From Alphaproteobacteria bacterium (GTDB lineage Bacteria; Pseudomonadota; Alphaproteobacteria; GM7ARS4; G965262615), in the NCBI GenBank assembly GCA_965262615.1, contig OZ253545.1:1376001-1440000 (forward strand): DNA of 64,000 nucleotides, read 5' to 3'. A program made the position numbers and the translations under genes. A model generated the notes under the pieces. That model ran no database searches. It was not told where the DNA came from and was given only the letters and a program-made list of their open reading frames with translations. This document shows, piece after piece, positions 10,741-20,325 of this stretch (positions are counted from its first letter, which is position 1; each line of letters starts with the position of its first letter).

Positions 10741-11492
10741 AACACTTTTGCCTTGTTTTTCAATTGGTCAATCAATTCATCCACATCCTTGACCATCATT
10801 CCCGCCGCCCGTGATGATGGCTCACGCACCGCCAACCGCTCCCAGTGTTGCTCAATGGCAACGCCCAATTCCTCACACGACACAGACGCTATGGGTTTTC
10901 GTTTTGCCTGCATGATATGAGGCAACGAGGCATAGCGCGGGGTGTTCAGGCGCAAGTCGGTGGTGACCACCGCAGGCAGAGGGCATTGCAGAGTCTCCAG
11001 TCCGCCATCTATTTCGCGCGTTGCCAAGATGGTTTGGTCTTGCACCTCCAATTGAGAGACGAAGGTTGCCTGTGCCCATTGCAGCAGGGCGGCGAGCATT
11101 TGCCCGCATTGATTGCAGTCATCATCAATGGCTTGCTTGCCCATAACCACCAATTGAACATCTTCCCTGCCCACCACTTCTTTCAGCAAACGCGCCACCT
11201 GCAAAGGCTCGCAATCATTCTCCTGGTCATACACCACATGAACGGCGCGATCGCATCCCATCGCCATTGCCTGACGCAATGTCTCTTGTGCGGCGGCTGT
11301 GCCAATGGTGACGGCAATGACCTCAGAGGCGATGGATTTCTCCTTGAGGCACACGGCTTCCTCAACGGCAATTTCATCAAACGGGTTCATGCTCATTTTG
11401 ACATGGTCGGTCTCAACGCCGCTCTGGTCGGCGCGCACACGAATATGCACATTGTAATCAATGACTCGTTTGACGGGAACAAGAACTTTCAT
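10737..11492 (-). CDS. etfB: Electron transfer flavoprotein beta subunit
   Basis: MKVLVPVKRVIDY, MNPFDEIAVEEA, GKQAIDDD. Confidence 0.97.
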   Translation of the reverse strand: MKVLVPVKRVIDYNVHIRVRADQSGVETDHVKMSMNPFDEIAVEEAVCLKEKSIASEVIAVTIGTAAAQETLRQAMAMGCDRAVHVVYDQENDCEPLQVARLLKEVVGREDVQLVVMGKQAIDDDCNQCGQMLAALLQWAQATFVSQLEVQDQTILATREIDGGLETLQCPLPAVVTTDLRLNTPRYASLPHIMQAKRKPIASVSCEELGVAIEQHWERLAVREPSSRAAGMMVKDVDELIDQLKNKAKVL

Positions 11493-11504
11493 GACATTTA
11501 TTGA

Positions 11505-12074
11505 CTATTGACGGTTTTGCGAGGGTTGCCACAAGATGTCATCGGCTCCCTTGCCATTGAGGAGGCGGGCAAAAACAAAAAGATGGTCCGACAAGCGATT
11601 GAGATAAATAACCGTCTGCTGATTGATGGTGTCATCGGAACGGCGCAATTCATGTGCCAACGATTCGGCTCGTCTGACGATGGTGCGTGCCGAATGAAGC
11701 CATGCCGATGCCTCCGAGCCACCGGGCAAAATGAACGACCGCAAAGGGTGCAGTTGGTCGTTCATGGTGTCTATTTCTTGCTCTAGTCTTTGCACATAGG
11801 ATTCATCAATGCGCGGACAAGTCTCTTGCGATTGGACGGGCGTTGCCAAGTCAGCCCCCACATCAAAGAGGTCATTTTGAATGGCGGCGATGATGTTTTG
11901 TTCCTGAGGCAGATGATTCATAGAGCAACGCGCCAATCCCAGTGTGGCATTGGCTTCATCAATGGCGGCAAAGGTGCGAATGCGAGGGTGATCTTTTGGG
12001 ACGCGCGTGCCATTGGCAAGGGAAGTCTCTCCTCCGTCACCGCCTTTGGTGTAGATTTTATCCAGCTTCACCAT
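11505..12074 (-). CDS. pduO: PduO-type ATP:cob(I)alamin adenosyltransferase
   Basis: IYTKGGDGGETSL, FILPGG, RRAE, YLNRLSD; usual position upstream of etfB. Confidence 0.93.
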   Translation of the reverse strand: MVKLDKIYTKGGDGGETSLANGTRVPKDHPRIRTFAAIDEANATLGLARCSMNHLPQEQNIIAAIQNDLFDVGADLATPVQSQETCPRIDESYVQRLEQEIDTMNDQLHPLRSFILPGGSEASAWLHSARTIVRRAESLAHELRRSDDTINQQTVIYLNRLSDHLFVFARLLNGKGADDILWQPSQNRQ

Positions 12075-12304
12075 GATGTCATCATCATATGAACGGCGAA
12101 AGCAATGATGGCAGCCAGTTGCAAGGCAACACGCCAGCGCATGAATTTCTGGCTATAGGCACGACTCACTTCACCACCCCGCGCCATGACCACCAACCCA
12201 GCCGCGAGCACCATCAGCACGGCGACAGACAACACAAGAGTCAGCCACGATAACGAGGTCACAGGATTTAAGATGTTCCTTTTTTCTGTCCTGATGTCAT
12301 CCAA
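12068..12304 (-). CDS. Twin transmembrane helix small protein (HIG1-like); start uncertain
   Basis: GLVVMARGG...SQKFMRWRVALQ; typical alphaproteobacterial context. Confidence 0.8.
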   Translation of the reverse strand: MDDIRTEKRNILNPVTSLSWLTLVLSVAVLMVLAAGLVVMARGGEVSRAYSQKFMRWRVALQLAAIIAFAVHMMMTSW

Positions 12305-12972
12305 GCGATGGTGCCGCCCGCCATGATGGCAGCAAACAGCTGCACGGCAACATACAGAACGGATGAATCGGGATTAATTCCCGCCATAGACGATGTGAAG
12401 ATGCGTCCAAAAGTCACGGCGGGATTCATAAAGCCTGCCGAAGGGGAGCTGATAATTGCCGCACTCACAAACAGTCCTGCCGCCAACGCCGTGCGGGACG
12501 GATTATTCTGAATGGTGGATACCAGCACCAACATGAACAGATAGGTAAAGACACCCTCCGCGATCAGCACCGCATTGGATGAGCGATCAATGCCTGAGAT
12601 GGACAGCAAGTGAGTCGTTTCAAAGCTGACAAAAGTGGTGAACATCATGTGAGCCAGCAGCACCCCAACCGCCGCACCGGCACATTGTGCCACCAGATAA
12701 AAAGGCAACTCGTAGAACGGCAAGGAGCGTCTGAACACCATCACCACCGACAAGGCGGGATTAAAATGAGCATCCGCTATGGGCGAAAAGATGGCAATCA
12801 AAGCAAAAAGGGCAAAACCCACCGCCATGGCATGCACCAGCAATGCCAAAAGGCTCAGCTGCGGCTCATACTGAACCACCAACAAAGCGGAAGCAACGAT
12901 GGCAATCAAGAGCCCCGCCGTTCCTAAAAATTCAGCGACTGTGCGCTTTATCAACGATAATCTCATGGTCAA
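12268..12972 (-). CDS. MIP/aquaporin family channel
   Basis: AEFLGT, two NPA boxes (HFNPA, MNPAVTFGR). Confidence 0.92.
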   Translation of the reverse strand: MTMRLSLIKRTVAEFLGTAGLLIAIVASALLVVQYEPQLSLLALLVHAMAVGFALFALIAIFSPIADAHFNPALSVVMVFRRSLPFYELPFYLVAQCAGAAVGVLLAHMMFTTFVSFETTHLLSISGIDRSSNAVLIAEGVFTYLFMLVLVSTIQNNPSRTALAAGLFVSAAIISSPSAGFMNPAVTFGRIFTSSMAGINPDSSVLYVAVQLFAAIMAGGTIAWMTSGQKKGTS

Positions 12973-13089
12973 TCTCCTTCACTTCTCGTTCGTTTGAGAC
13001 GATGTTTTATAAAACACTGATGGCATATCGTCAAGGGATATATGACGGTGCAGCTGGACAACACACTTATCCCTTGTCATAGTTTTTCC

Positions 13090-13737
13090 ATGACTCAAGC
13101 GGTTATTCAGGCGGTGATTTTTGACCTAGACGGCACACTGCTGGATTCTGCCGCCGATTTGACGGCGGCATTGAATCATGTGCTGCGGCGTGAGGGCAGG
13201 CAGTCGTTGTCACTGGCACAGACGCGTCCGTTGGTGGGCGGTGGCGCTGAGCCGTTGTTGCGCAAGGCATTGTCGTTGTCTGACGATGAGCCTTGCGATG
13301 ATTTGATCAAGCACTTTCTTGATTATTACGAAGCCCATCTGGTGGATGAATCCACCCTCTATGAGGGCACACTGCCATTGCTTGCGGCATTGCGGTCTCG
13401 TTCCATCAAGGTTGGCTTATGCACCAACAAGCCGCTTCATTTGACCACACGCATCACGGCGGCATTGGGTCTGGATGATTTTCTGGACGGCACTGTCGCT
13501 TATGAGGTGGGTGGCACGCGCAAGCCAGACCCCGCTCATTTGCAAAAAGCTCTGGGTCTTCTGGGCGTGACGGCGGACACCGCCATGCTGGTGGGGGACT
13601 CCATGAGCGATGTGCTCGCCGCCGAGGCATTGGGCGTTGCCATGATTTTTGCCAGCTACGGCTATGGCTCATTGGATGAGGGGGCACGCGTCACCCACAC
13701 CATTGGTCATGTGGGCGAGGTGTGCCATGTGCTTTAG
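13090..13737 (+). CDS. gph: HAD hydrolase, phosphoglycolate phosphatase-like
   Basis: FDLDGTLLDS, TNK, KPDP, VGDS..D motifs. Confidence 0.85.
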   Translation: MTQAVIQAVIFDLDGTLLDSAADLTAALNHVLRREGRQSLSLAQTRPLVGGGAEPLLRKALSLSDDEPCDDLIKHFLDYYEAHLVDESTLYEGTLPLLAALRSRSIKVGLCTNKPLHLTTRITAALGLDDFLDGTVAYEVGGTRKPDPAHLQKALGLLGVTADTAMLVGDSMSDVLAAEALGVAMIFASYGYGSLDEGARVTHTIGHVGEVCHVL

Positions 13738-14312
13738 GCGTGCCCACTGGTGTGGCTCATGTTCATGATGTTGAATCCCGTCTGTTGCAGTGCTTTGTTC
13801 CATTTATCTTTTGCGCCATCGGCAAAGATGAGGTGTTCATCGGCGGGGATGTGAATCCAAGCGATTTGTTCAATTTCGCTTTCCAGCTGCCCGCCGTCCC
13901 AGTGAGCAAAGCCCAAAGCCACCAGCACTTTGGCAGGACCCTTGCCGTGAGCGATATCACGAATGATGTCGGTGTGGGCGGTCATGGAAATGGTTGATTG
14001 GCAGGACACGGTGGATTCAATGGTGTAATCGTTGGTGTGCAGGGCAAATCCGCGATTGGGCTCAAGGGGCCCGCCGTTGTGAATGATGGGTGACGGCGTG
14101 ATGGGCGATGATGCCTCAATGTCCAGTTGCGCCAGCAGTTGAGCAAAGGTGACGCTGTTGCTGGGCTTGTTCACCACCAATCCCATTGCCCCCTTGATGC
14201 CGTGCTCAAGCATGTAAATGAGGCTATGGCGAAAGCGGCGATCGCTCATCTGCGGCGTGGCAATCAGCAGCTGACCTGCCAATCCGTCGGCGATGTCTGG
14301 GCGCGTGGTCAT
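13734..14312 (-). CDS. YqgE/AlgH family protein
   Basis: GQLLIATP..D.RF, GAMGLVVN, GGP, W..GQLESEI. Confidence 0.93.
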   Translation of the reverse strand: MTTRPDIADGLAGQLLIATPQMSDRRFRHSLIYMLEHGIKGAMGLVVNKPSNSVTFAQLLAQLDIEASSPITPSPIIHNGGPLEPNRGFALHTNDYTIESTVSCQSTISMTAHTDIIRDIAHGKGPAKVLVALGFAHWDGGQLESEIEQIAWIHIPADEHLIFADGAKDKWNKALQQTGFNIMNMSHTSGHA

Positions 14313-14367
14313 GGCTCATCTATAGCACGAATGAAGTGCTTCATACAGAGATATTTTTGCGTTTGCG

Positions 14368-14454
14368 ATGTCGGGTTGGCGCGGGGGTGTCTCAAGACCA
14401 CGCGAGCAAGACGAGCCTGCCGTAAGGTTTTGTATTAGGCGAGAAGCCCGACAT
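14368..14454. repeat. Structured repeat E1 (GTCGGG...CCCGAC termini)
   Basis: Terminal inverted repeat atgtcggg/cccgacat; left part closely matches 16359-16396, right part matches ends of E2-E4. Confidence 0.8.
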
Positions 14455-14485
14455 AAAGTCGGTCTCTGTATTTTCTTGCCCTTCT

Positions 14486-14514
14486 ACTTTATGCCAAAAG
14501 ACACCAAAAAACAA
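14486..14514 (-). promoter_or_regulatory. Putative sigma70 promoter reading into E1
   Basis: TTGTTT-17bp-TAAAGT on minus strand; both hexamers conserved in the homologous copy at 16701-16729. Confidence 0.55.
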
Positions 14515-14578
14515 GGCTACTTGCTTCCTAGACATATCATGCTTATTGTTCCATATTGGGTGCAGGAGTTTTGTTATC

Positions 14579-16253
14579 ATGGATTATAGTGACAGAGAAC
14601 AGCTTCAAAGGGCGGCAGATGGCGGTGATGCCAAAGCAATGTTTTGGCTGGGAATCAATCTTCTTAATGAGAATTTCAAGAAGGCATACGCTTGGCTTGA
14701 AAAATCTGCCCAAAAAGGAAATACCAATGCCCTCAATGTTCTTGGAATCATATACGCGCAAGGTTGGCACTTTGCAGTAGATGAGAAAAAAGCTGAAGGA
14801 TTTCTCTTGAAGGCTGCCAACGAAGGGAATGACGCAGCTCAGGTCAATCTCGCCGATATGTATCGTAAAAGCATGGGAGATATGAAAAACACAGCAGAAG
14901 CCGTCCGTTGGTACAAAAAGGCTATTAAACAAGGGTCTTCCGATGCTCTATTTAAACTTGGCGATATGTACCATAAGGGCGATGGCGTTGAGCAAAGTGA
15001 CAAGGAAGCCTGCAAGCTTTTTTCGCAAGCCGCCGAACAGGGGCATGCTCAAGCCCAATTTGAGCTTGGCAACATGTATCTTGAAGGCAAAGTCGTTGAA
15101 GAAGAAAATGCAAATTACTAAAAAAAGTGCAGAAAAAGCCCTCAAATTGCATCGCAAGGCTTATGAAAGTGGCATTGAACAGGCTTTCACAAATTATCTT
15201 GTTTTAGACTCCTTTGATAAAGAGGGTTTGCCACTGGATGATTGTAATGAAGTGATTGACCTTGTGAAAAAGCTAAATGTTAAAGTTTTAGAGATTTTGC
15301 AAAAGCGTCATAATGTTAAAAATAAATTGAACGCAGATGAAGCTCTTGAAGTGTGTCATTACACGAAATACAAACACTTGAAGAATATGTTGAAAGGTGC
15401 GGATGAAAATCATCTGCGAATGTATAATGTGCGCTATTGCAATGATCCCACCGAAGGTAATTATTTCTTTGGCAAGGCAAACCTAAACAGCTCTTTAGGT
15501 TATTTTGCCCAAGAGAGAAAAAATCACACTCAATTATCAGAAAACCCTCTTGCATCAACCTATATTCTGTCTCTGTGCGATATCACTAATAAAGATCAAG
15601 AAAAACGAGAAATACCCAACTTATGGAGTGTGCATGGTGATGGTGCGCGCGGTGTATGCCTCACTTTTGATATTCCCGCAACAAGTCTCAGCGATCCCAG
15701 CACACAAGATACCACTGCAGCGGCAATTGCTGCCGCCACTGCGGCGGCAATTGCCGCGGAAACCTCCACAACTGATAAAACCATTGATTCATCAATGACC
15801 GTCTATCGCATCCTCTACAAAAAGAGTGAGCGTGATCAAACAATGGCTGATTTAGAAGGAGAATTAAAAGACATTGAAGATGTTATTAAACGCAATACGC
15901 AATACAAAGAGGTATTGGTGCAATTGGTTTTGGCGGTTTTGGGCTTGCTTCCCTATCTCTACAAGGATGAATCCTATGCCTATGAGGATGAGTGTCGCAT
16001 CATTCGCAATTTTATTCCCGATGACGACCGACTCAAAACCGATGACAACGACCACCTCTATTGGCAAACGCCGCTGGGATTGCTACGAGAGGTGACCATT
16101 GCTGGCAAGAAAAAAAATCAATGCACCATTATTCTGGGCTATGGCATGGGCGACAACGCAGGAGCAAGAGACTACATCAAAAATCGCCTACGGCGCATCA
16201 GCAAAGAAGACCAGCTTCTGCCATCGGTTGTCTTTTCTCGCCTGCGTTATTGA
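14579..16253 (+). pseudogene. Sel1-repeat + DUF2971-like protein, split by a +1 frameshift near 15119
   Basis: AGGAG RBS, 5 Sel1 repeats, stop at TAC TAA; next frame continues collinear with intact paralog 18170-20320 (HYTKY, NDPTEG, FSRLRY end). Confidence 0.85.
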
Positions 16254-16294
16254 GCGCGCCCTAGCATACGCCATTCCAATGGTGCAAGACTGAT

Positions 16295-16349
16295 TTCATC
16301 ACCGGCGAGACCATGGCAATCAACGGCGGACAATACATGGACTAAGTGA
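16295..16349 (+). repeat. Orphan copy of the phbB 3' end (FITGETMAINGGQYMD*)
   Basis: Matches reverse complement of 20322-20376 with one synonymous change (TTT/TTC). Confidence 0.95.
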
Positions 16350-16358
16350 TTGTGTGCT

Positions 16359-16471
16359 GTCGGGCTGGCGTGGGGGTGTCCCAAGACCACGCGAGCCCCA
16401 ATACAACAAAAGGCTCTCGCTTATTTCCCTATCTCAACGATTCGGGTTTTGTATTGAGCAAGCAACCCGAC
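16359..16471. repeat. Structured repeat E2
   Basis: gtcgggct...aacccgac termini; shares blocks with E1 and E3/E4. Confidence 0.8.
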
Positions 16472-16570
16472 GCGCACCGTCAGCGGTGCGGTGGTGTTTC
16501 GCTTGCTTCTTGATATGTGATGAGTGTCATGATGACCTCCGTTGATTTGTTTCGCTGTGTCCCAGCTCGC

Positions 16571-16653
16571 GCCGGGCTTTGCGAAAGCTGCCAACGGGTC
16601 AGCTCCTGCTTATTTCCCACCAAGTGGGTGTTGTATTTAGCAAGAAGCCCGAC
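16571..16653. repeat. Structured repeat E3
   Basis: cgggctt...aagcccg termini; near-identical to E4. Confidence 0.85.
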
Positions 16654-16700
16654 TCATGCCAAAGCATGAGCCAGACCGTTGGCTGACTTTACGCCTCTCT

Positions 16701-16729
16701 ACTTTATGGCAAAAGGCATCATAAAACAA
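16701..16729 (-). promoter_or_regulatory. Putative sigma70 promoter reading into E3
   Basis: TTGTTT-17bp-TAAAGT on minus strand. Confidence 0.55.
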
Positions 16730-16743
16730 GATTTTTTATAAGC

Positions 16744-16826
16744 ATCGGGCTTTGCGAAAGCTGCCCAATGGTCAGCTCCTGCCTATTTCCCACGAAGTGG
16801 GTGTTGTATTGAGCAGGAAGCCCGAC
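16744..16826. repeat. Structured repeat E4, abuts the purB stop codon
   Basis: tcgggctt...aagcccga termini; near-identical to E3. Confidence 0.85.
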
Positions 16827-18125
16827 TTAGGTGTCATCGAACACCCGCGCCATAATATCATCTATATGGCGCAGGTAGAATGAGGGTTGCAGTTGTTTTT
16901 TGAGGTCAGAGGGCGAGCAGTGCGCGGTGATCTCTTTGTGGGCGAGAACGATGGCGGCAAAGTTGGTTTGGTTTTTGTGGGCATCAAAGGCGCATGATTG
17001 CACGAGGCGATAGGCTTGGTCGCGCTCCATTCCCGCCTCAGTGAGCATGAGCAGCACCACGCCCGATGCCCACAGTCCGTGTGATGCCTCCAGATTGCGC
17101 GCCATCGCCTCCTCGTTCACCTCCAATCCCGCCATGACGCCGTTGAGGCGATGGAGAGCGAAATCCAGCGTGATGGTGGCATCGGGGGCGATGACCCGTT
17201 CCACCGATGAGTGGGAGATATCCCGTTCGTGCCACAGGGCGATGTTTTCCAGCGCCGGAATGGCAAACGAGCGCACCAGACGCGCGAGTCCAGTGAGGTT
17301 TTCGGCAAGCACGGGATTGCGTTTGTGGGGCATGGCGGATGAGCCTTTTTGCTGTTTGCCAAATGGCTCCATGGCTTCCCCCACCTCGCTGCGCTGCCAA
17401 TGACGCACCTCCACCGCCAGTCGCTCCACCGATGAGGCGATGCCCGCCAGCACCGAGAAATAAAAGCCATGACGATCGCGCGCAATCACCTGAGTGGAAA
17501 TGGGCTCACATGCCATGTTCAGTTTTTTTGCCACATGAGCCTCCACCTGTGGCGGCAGATGGGCAAATGTCCCCATCGCGCCCGACAGAGCAATGTGAGC
17601 GATGTCTTTTTTTGCCTGCTCTAATCGTGTCTGCCAGCGTGAGAATTCGGCGTGAGCTTGAGCCATTTTGAAGCCAAAAGAAATGGGCTCGCCGTGAATG
17701 CCGTGGGAGCGTCCCATCATGAGGGTGTTTTTGTGGCTGCGAGCTTGTTTTTTGAGGGTGGCGCGCAGTGTTGTGAGGTCATTCAATAGGATATCGGTGG
17801 CGTTGCACAGCTGCACGGCAAACGCACTGTCTATGATGTCCGATGAGGTCAAGCCGCGATGCACATAGCGCGCCTCATCCCCCAGCGATTCCCCCACGCT
17901 GGTGAGAAAGGCGATGACATCATGATGCACCTCCGCTTCAATGGCTTTGATGCGCTCTTCATCAAAATGAGCGTTGGCGCGAATGCGCCGCGCGGCATCG
18001 TTTGGGATGAGCTGCAGTTCGGCTTGAGCTTCACACGCCAAAATCTCAATCTCCAGCCAGATGGCAAAGCGGCTGGCATCGCTCCAGATGGCGGTCATTT
18101 CCTTGCGGCTGTAACGCTCAATCAT
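16827..18125 (-). CDS. purB: Adenylosuccinate lyase
   Basis: MIERYSR, GSSAMPHKRNP signature, WHERDISHSS. Confidence 0.97.
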   Translation of the reverse strand: MIERYSRKEMTAIWSDASRFAIWLEIEILACEAQAELQLIPNDAARRIRANAHFDEERIKAIEAEVHHDVIAFLTSVGESLGDEARYVHRGLTSSDIIDSAFAVQLCNATDILLNDLTTLRATLKKQARSHKNTLMMGRSHGIHGEPISFGFKMAQAHAEFSRWQTRLEQAKKDIAHIALSGAMGTFAHLPPQVEAHVAKKLNMACEPISTQVIARDRHGFYFSVLAGIASSVERLAVEVRHWQRSEVGEAMEPFGKQQKGSSAMPHKRNPVLAENLTGLARLVRSFAIPALENIALWHERDISHSSVERVIAPDATITLDFALHRLNGVMAGLEVNEEAMARNLEASHGLWASGVVLLMLTEAGMERDQAYRLVQSCAFDAHKNQTNFAAIVLAHKEITAHCSPSDLKKQLQPSFYLRHIDDIMARVFDDT

Positions 18126-18169
18126 GTAATGAGTCTTACATCATTGAGCTGGCGTGTGCTAGGGCGCGC

Positions 18170-20320
18170 TTAATAACGCAAGCGAGAAAAGGTGATGGCG
18201 GGAAGAGGTTGGTCTTTACAGATTTCTCGTAGGCGATGCTCTAGGTAATCGCGCGTGCCTCCTTTGTCTTTCATGTCGTAACCGAGAATGATGGTGCAGG
18301 GGCTTTTTGTTTTGCCGCCACTTTTGACCTTTTTTAGCAATCCCAAATTTGTTTCGTAGTAAAGACGCGGCGGCGCGTGGCGGTCATCTGCTTTGAGGCG
18401 GTGGTCACCAGGAACAAAATTGCGAATGATGCGATATTCCTTATCGTAGCGATAAAAATCATCTTTATAGAGATAAGGTAGCGAACCCAGCACCGCCAAA
18501 ACAATTTGGCTCACCACGCTTTTATATCGCTCATATTTTTCCTCAGCTTCTTTTTTTTCAATAAAATCTCGGATAGCTGCCAATTCGTCTTCCAACTTAC
18601 CGACCGTTGTCTCATACTTCTCTTTCTCTTCCTCTTCCTCATCTTTTTCATCTTTGTAAACAATTCTATAAACCGCCATCTTGGTATCATCATCTTTATT
18701 TTTTTCAGCCGAAATGAGGTCGGCTATTAACTCATCTCCTGCATGGGATTGTTGTATCTTCGTATCACCAAGATCTTCTGCTGGAATGTCAAGAGTGAGG
18801 CAGACACCTTGCCCTTTGTTGCCATGCAAATTCCACAAATTGAGATTATCTTCTTTGTCATTATCGCATAGGGATAAAATATAAGTAGAAACAAGAGGTC
18901 TGTGTGATGAGTGGATGCGGTCTCTCTCTTGAGCGAAATAATGTAAAGCGGTGTCGTCTTTTGCTTGCTTAAAAAAATAACTTCCCTCAGTGGGGTCATT
19001 GCAATAACGCACATTGTACATCCGCAGCAAGCTCTTATCCCCTCCTTTGTCTTCATCTTTATCCTTATCTTCCAGCATATTTTCCAAGTGCTTATATTTC
19101 GTGTAATGACACACTTTAAGGACATCTTGTCCATTGGCTTCTAATATACTTTTAACATTATGACGCTTTTGCAAAATCTCTAAAACTTTTTTGTTCAATT
19201 GATTCAAAAGGCTTTGCACTTTACCGCAATCATCTAGTGGTAAATTCTCTTTAAGAAAAGAGTCCAACACAAGATAACGAACGAAAGCTAGTTCAAAACC
19301 ATTACCATAAGCCTCGCGATACCATTTGAAAGATTCGTTAAAATCTTTATCAACACCTACACCATCTTGATACAGGTGTCCAAGAAAGAATTGAGAAGCG
19401 GCATGCCCCTGTTCAGCAGATTTTCGGTAAAGTTCCGCAGCCTTCTCTTCATTTTTTTCAACACCTAGACCGTGTAGGTGTAAGTATCCAAGAAAGTATT
19501 GAGCATGGTCATTTCCTTGGTTGGCAGCCTGGCGATAAAATTCCACAGCTTTTTCATAACTTTGCTCAACACCCCTGCCATGTTCGTACAAGAATCCAAG
19601 ATAGAATTGAGCGGGGGCATGCCCTTGGTCGGCAGCTTTTTGGTAAAATTCCGCAGCTTTTTCATAACTTTGCTCAACACCTATACCTTCGTGGTACAAG
19701 ACTCCAAGAGAGGCTTGAGCATGGGCATGCCCTTTGTCGGCAGCTTCTTGGTAAAGCTCCGCAGCTTTTTTGTCACTTTGCTCAACACCCATCCCTCGTT
19801 GGTACAAGATACCAAGACGGAATTGAGCATTGACATCCCCTTGTTCGGCAGCTTGGCGATAAAGTTGCACCGCTTTTTTATAATCTATGTCAACGCCTAG
19901 ACCTTGTTGGTAGAGGAAACCAAGAAAAGCTTGAGCATTGGCATGCCCTTTGTCGGCAGCTTCTTGGTAAAATTTTGCAGCTTTTTTGTAATTTTTCTCA
20001 ACAACCTTACCTTCTTGGCACAAGATACCAAGATAGAATTGAGCATTTGCATGACCTTGTTCAGCAGCTTGGTGATAAAGTTCCACAGCTTTTTTGTCAT
20101 TCTTCTCAACAACCCTACCTTCTTGGTAAAAAGATCCAAGACGGAATTGAGCATTGGCATTTCCTTGTGTAGCAGATTTTTCAAACCAAACAAGTGCTTG
20201 AGAATCATCGTGCGGAAAGCCCCCACTGCCCATTGCAAAACAAGAAGCCACCTCACACATCGCATTGGTGTCACCCGCCAGTGCTTGTTTGTAAATGTCG
20301 CTGTCTTTGTAATCCGCCAT
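18170..20320 (-). CDS. Sel1-repeat (9x) + DUF2971-like protein
   Basis: Nine 36-aa A..G...AQF.LG..Y..G.GV repeats; C-terminal HYT, NDP.EG, LW..HG..G.GVC, K...Y..D.EYRI. Confidence 0.85.
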   Translation of the reverse strand: MADYKDSDIYKQALAGDTNAMCEVASCFAMGSGGFPHDDSQALVWFEKSATQGNANAQFRLGSFYQEGRVVEKNDKKAVELYHQAAEQGHANAQFYLGILCQEGKVVEKNYKKAAKFYQEAADKGHANAQAFLGFLYQQGLGVDIDYKKAVQLYRQAAEQGDVNAQFRLGILYQRGMGVEQSDKKAAELYQEAADKGHAHAQASLGVLYHEGIGVEQSYEKAAEFYQKAADQGHAPAQFYLGFLYEHGRGVEQSYEKAVEFYRQAANQGNDHAQYFLGYLHLHGLGVEKNEEKAAELYRKSAEQGHAASQFFLGHLYQDGVGVDKDFNESFKWYREAYGNGFELAFVRYLVLDSFLKENLPLDDCGKVQSLLNQLNKKVLEILQKRHNVKSILEANGQDVLKVCHYTKYKHLENMLEDKDKDEDKGGDKSLLRMYNVRYCNDPTEGSYFFKQAKDDTALHYFAQERDRIHSSHRPLVSTYILSLCDNDKEDNLNLWNLHGNKGQGVCLTLDIPAEDLGDTKIQQSHAGDELIADLISAEKNKDDDTKMAVYRIVYKDEKDEEEEEKEKYETTVGKLEDELAAIRDFIEKKEAEEKYERYKSVVSQIVLAVLGSLPYLYKDDFYRYDKEYRIIRNFVPGDHRLKADDRHAPPRLYYETNLGLLKKVKSGGKTKSPCTIILGYDMKDKGGTRDYLEHRLREICKDQPLPAITFSRLRY

Positions 20321-20325
20321 CTCAC

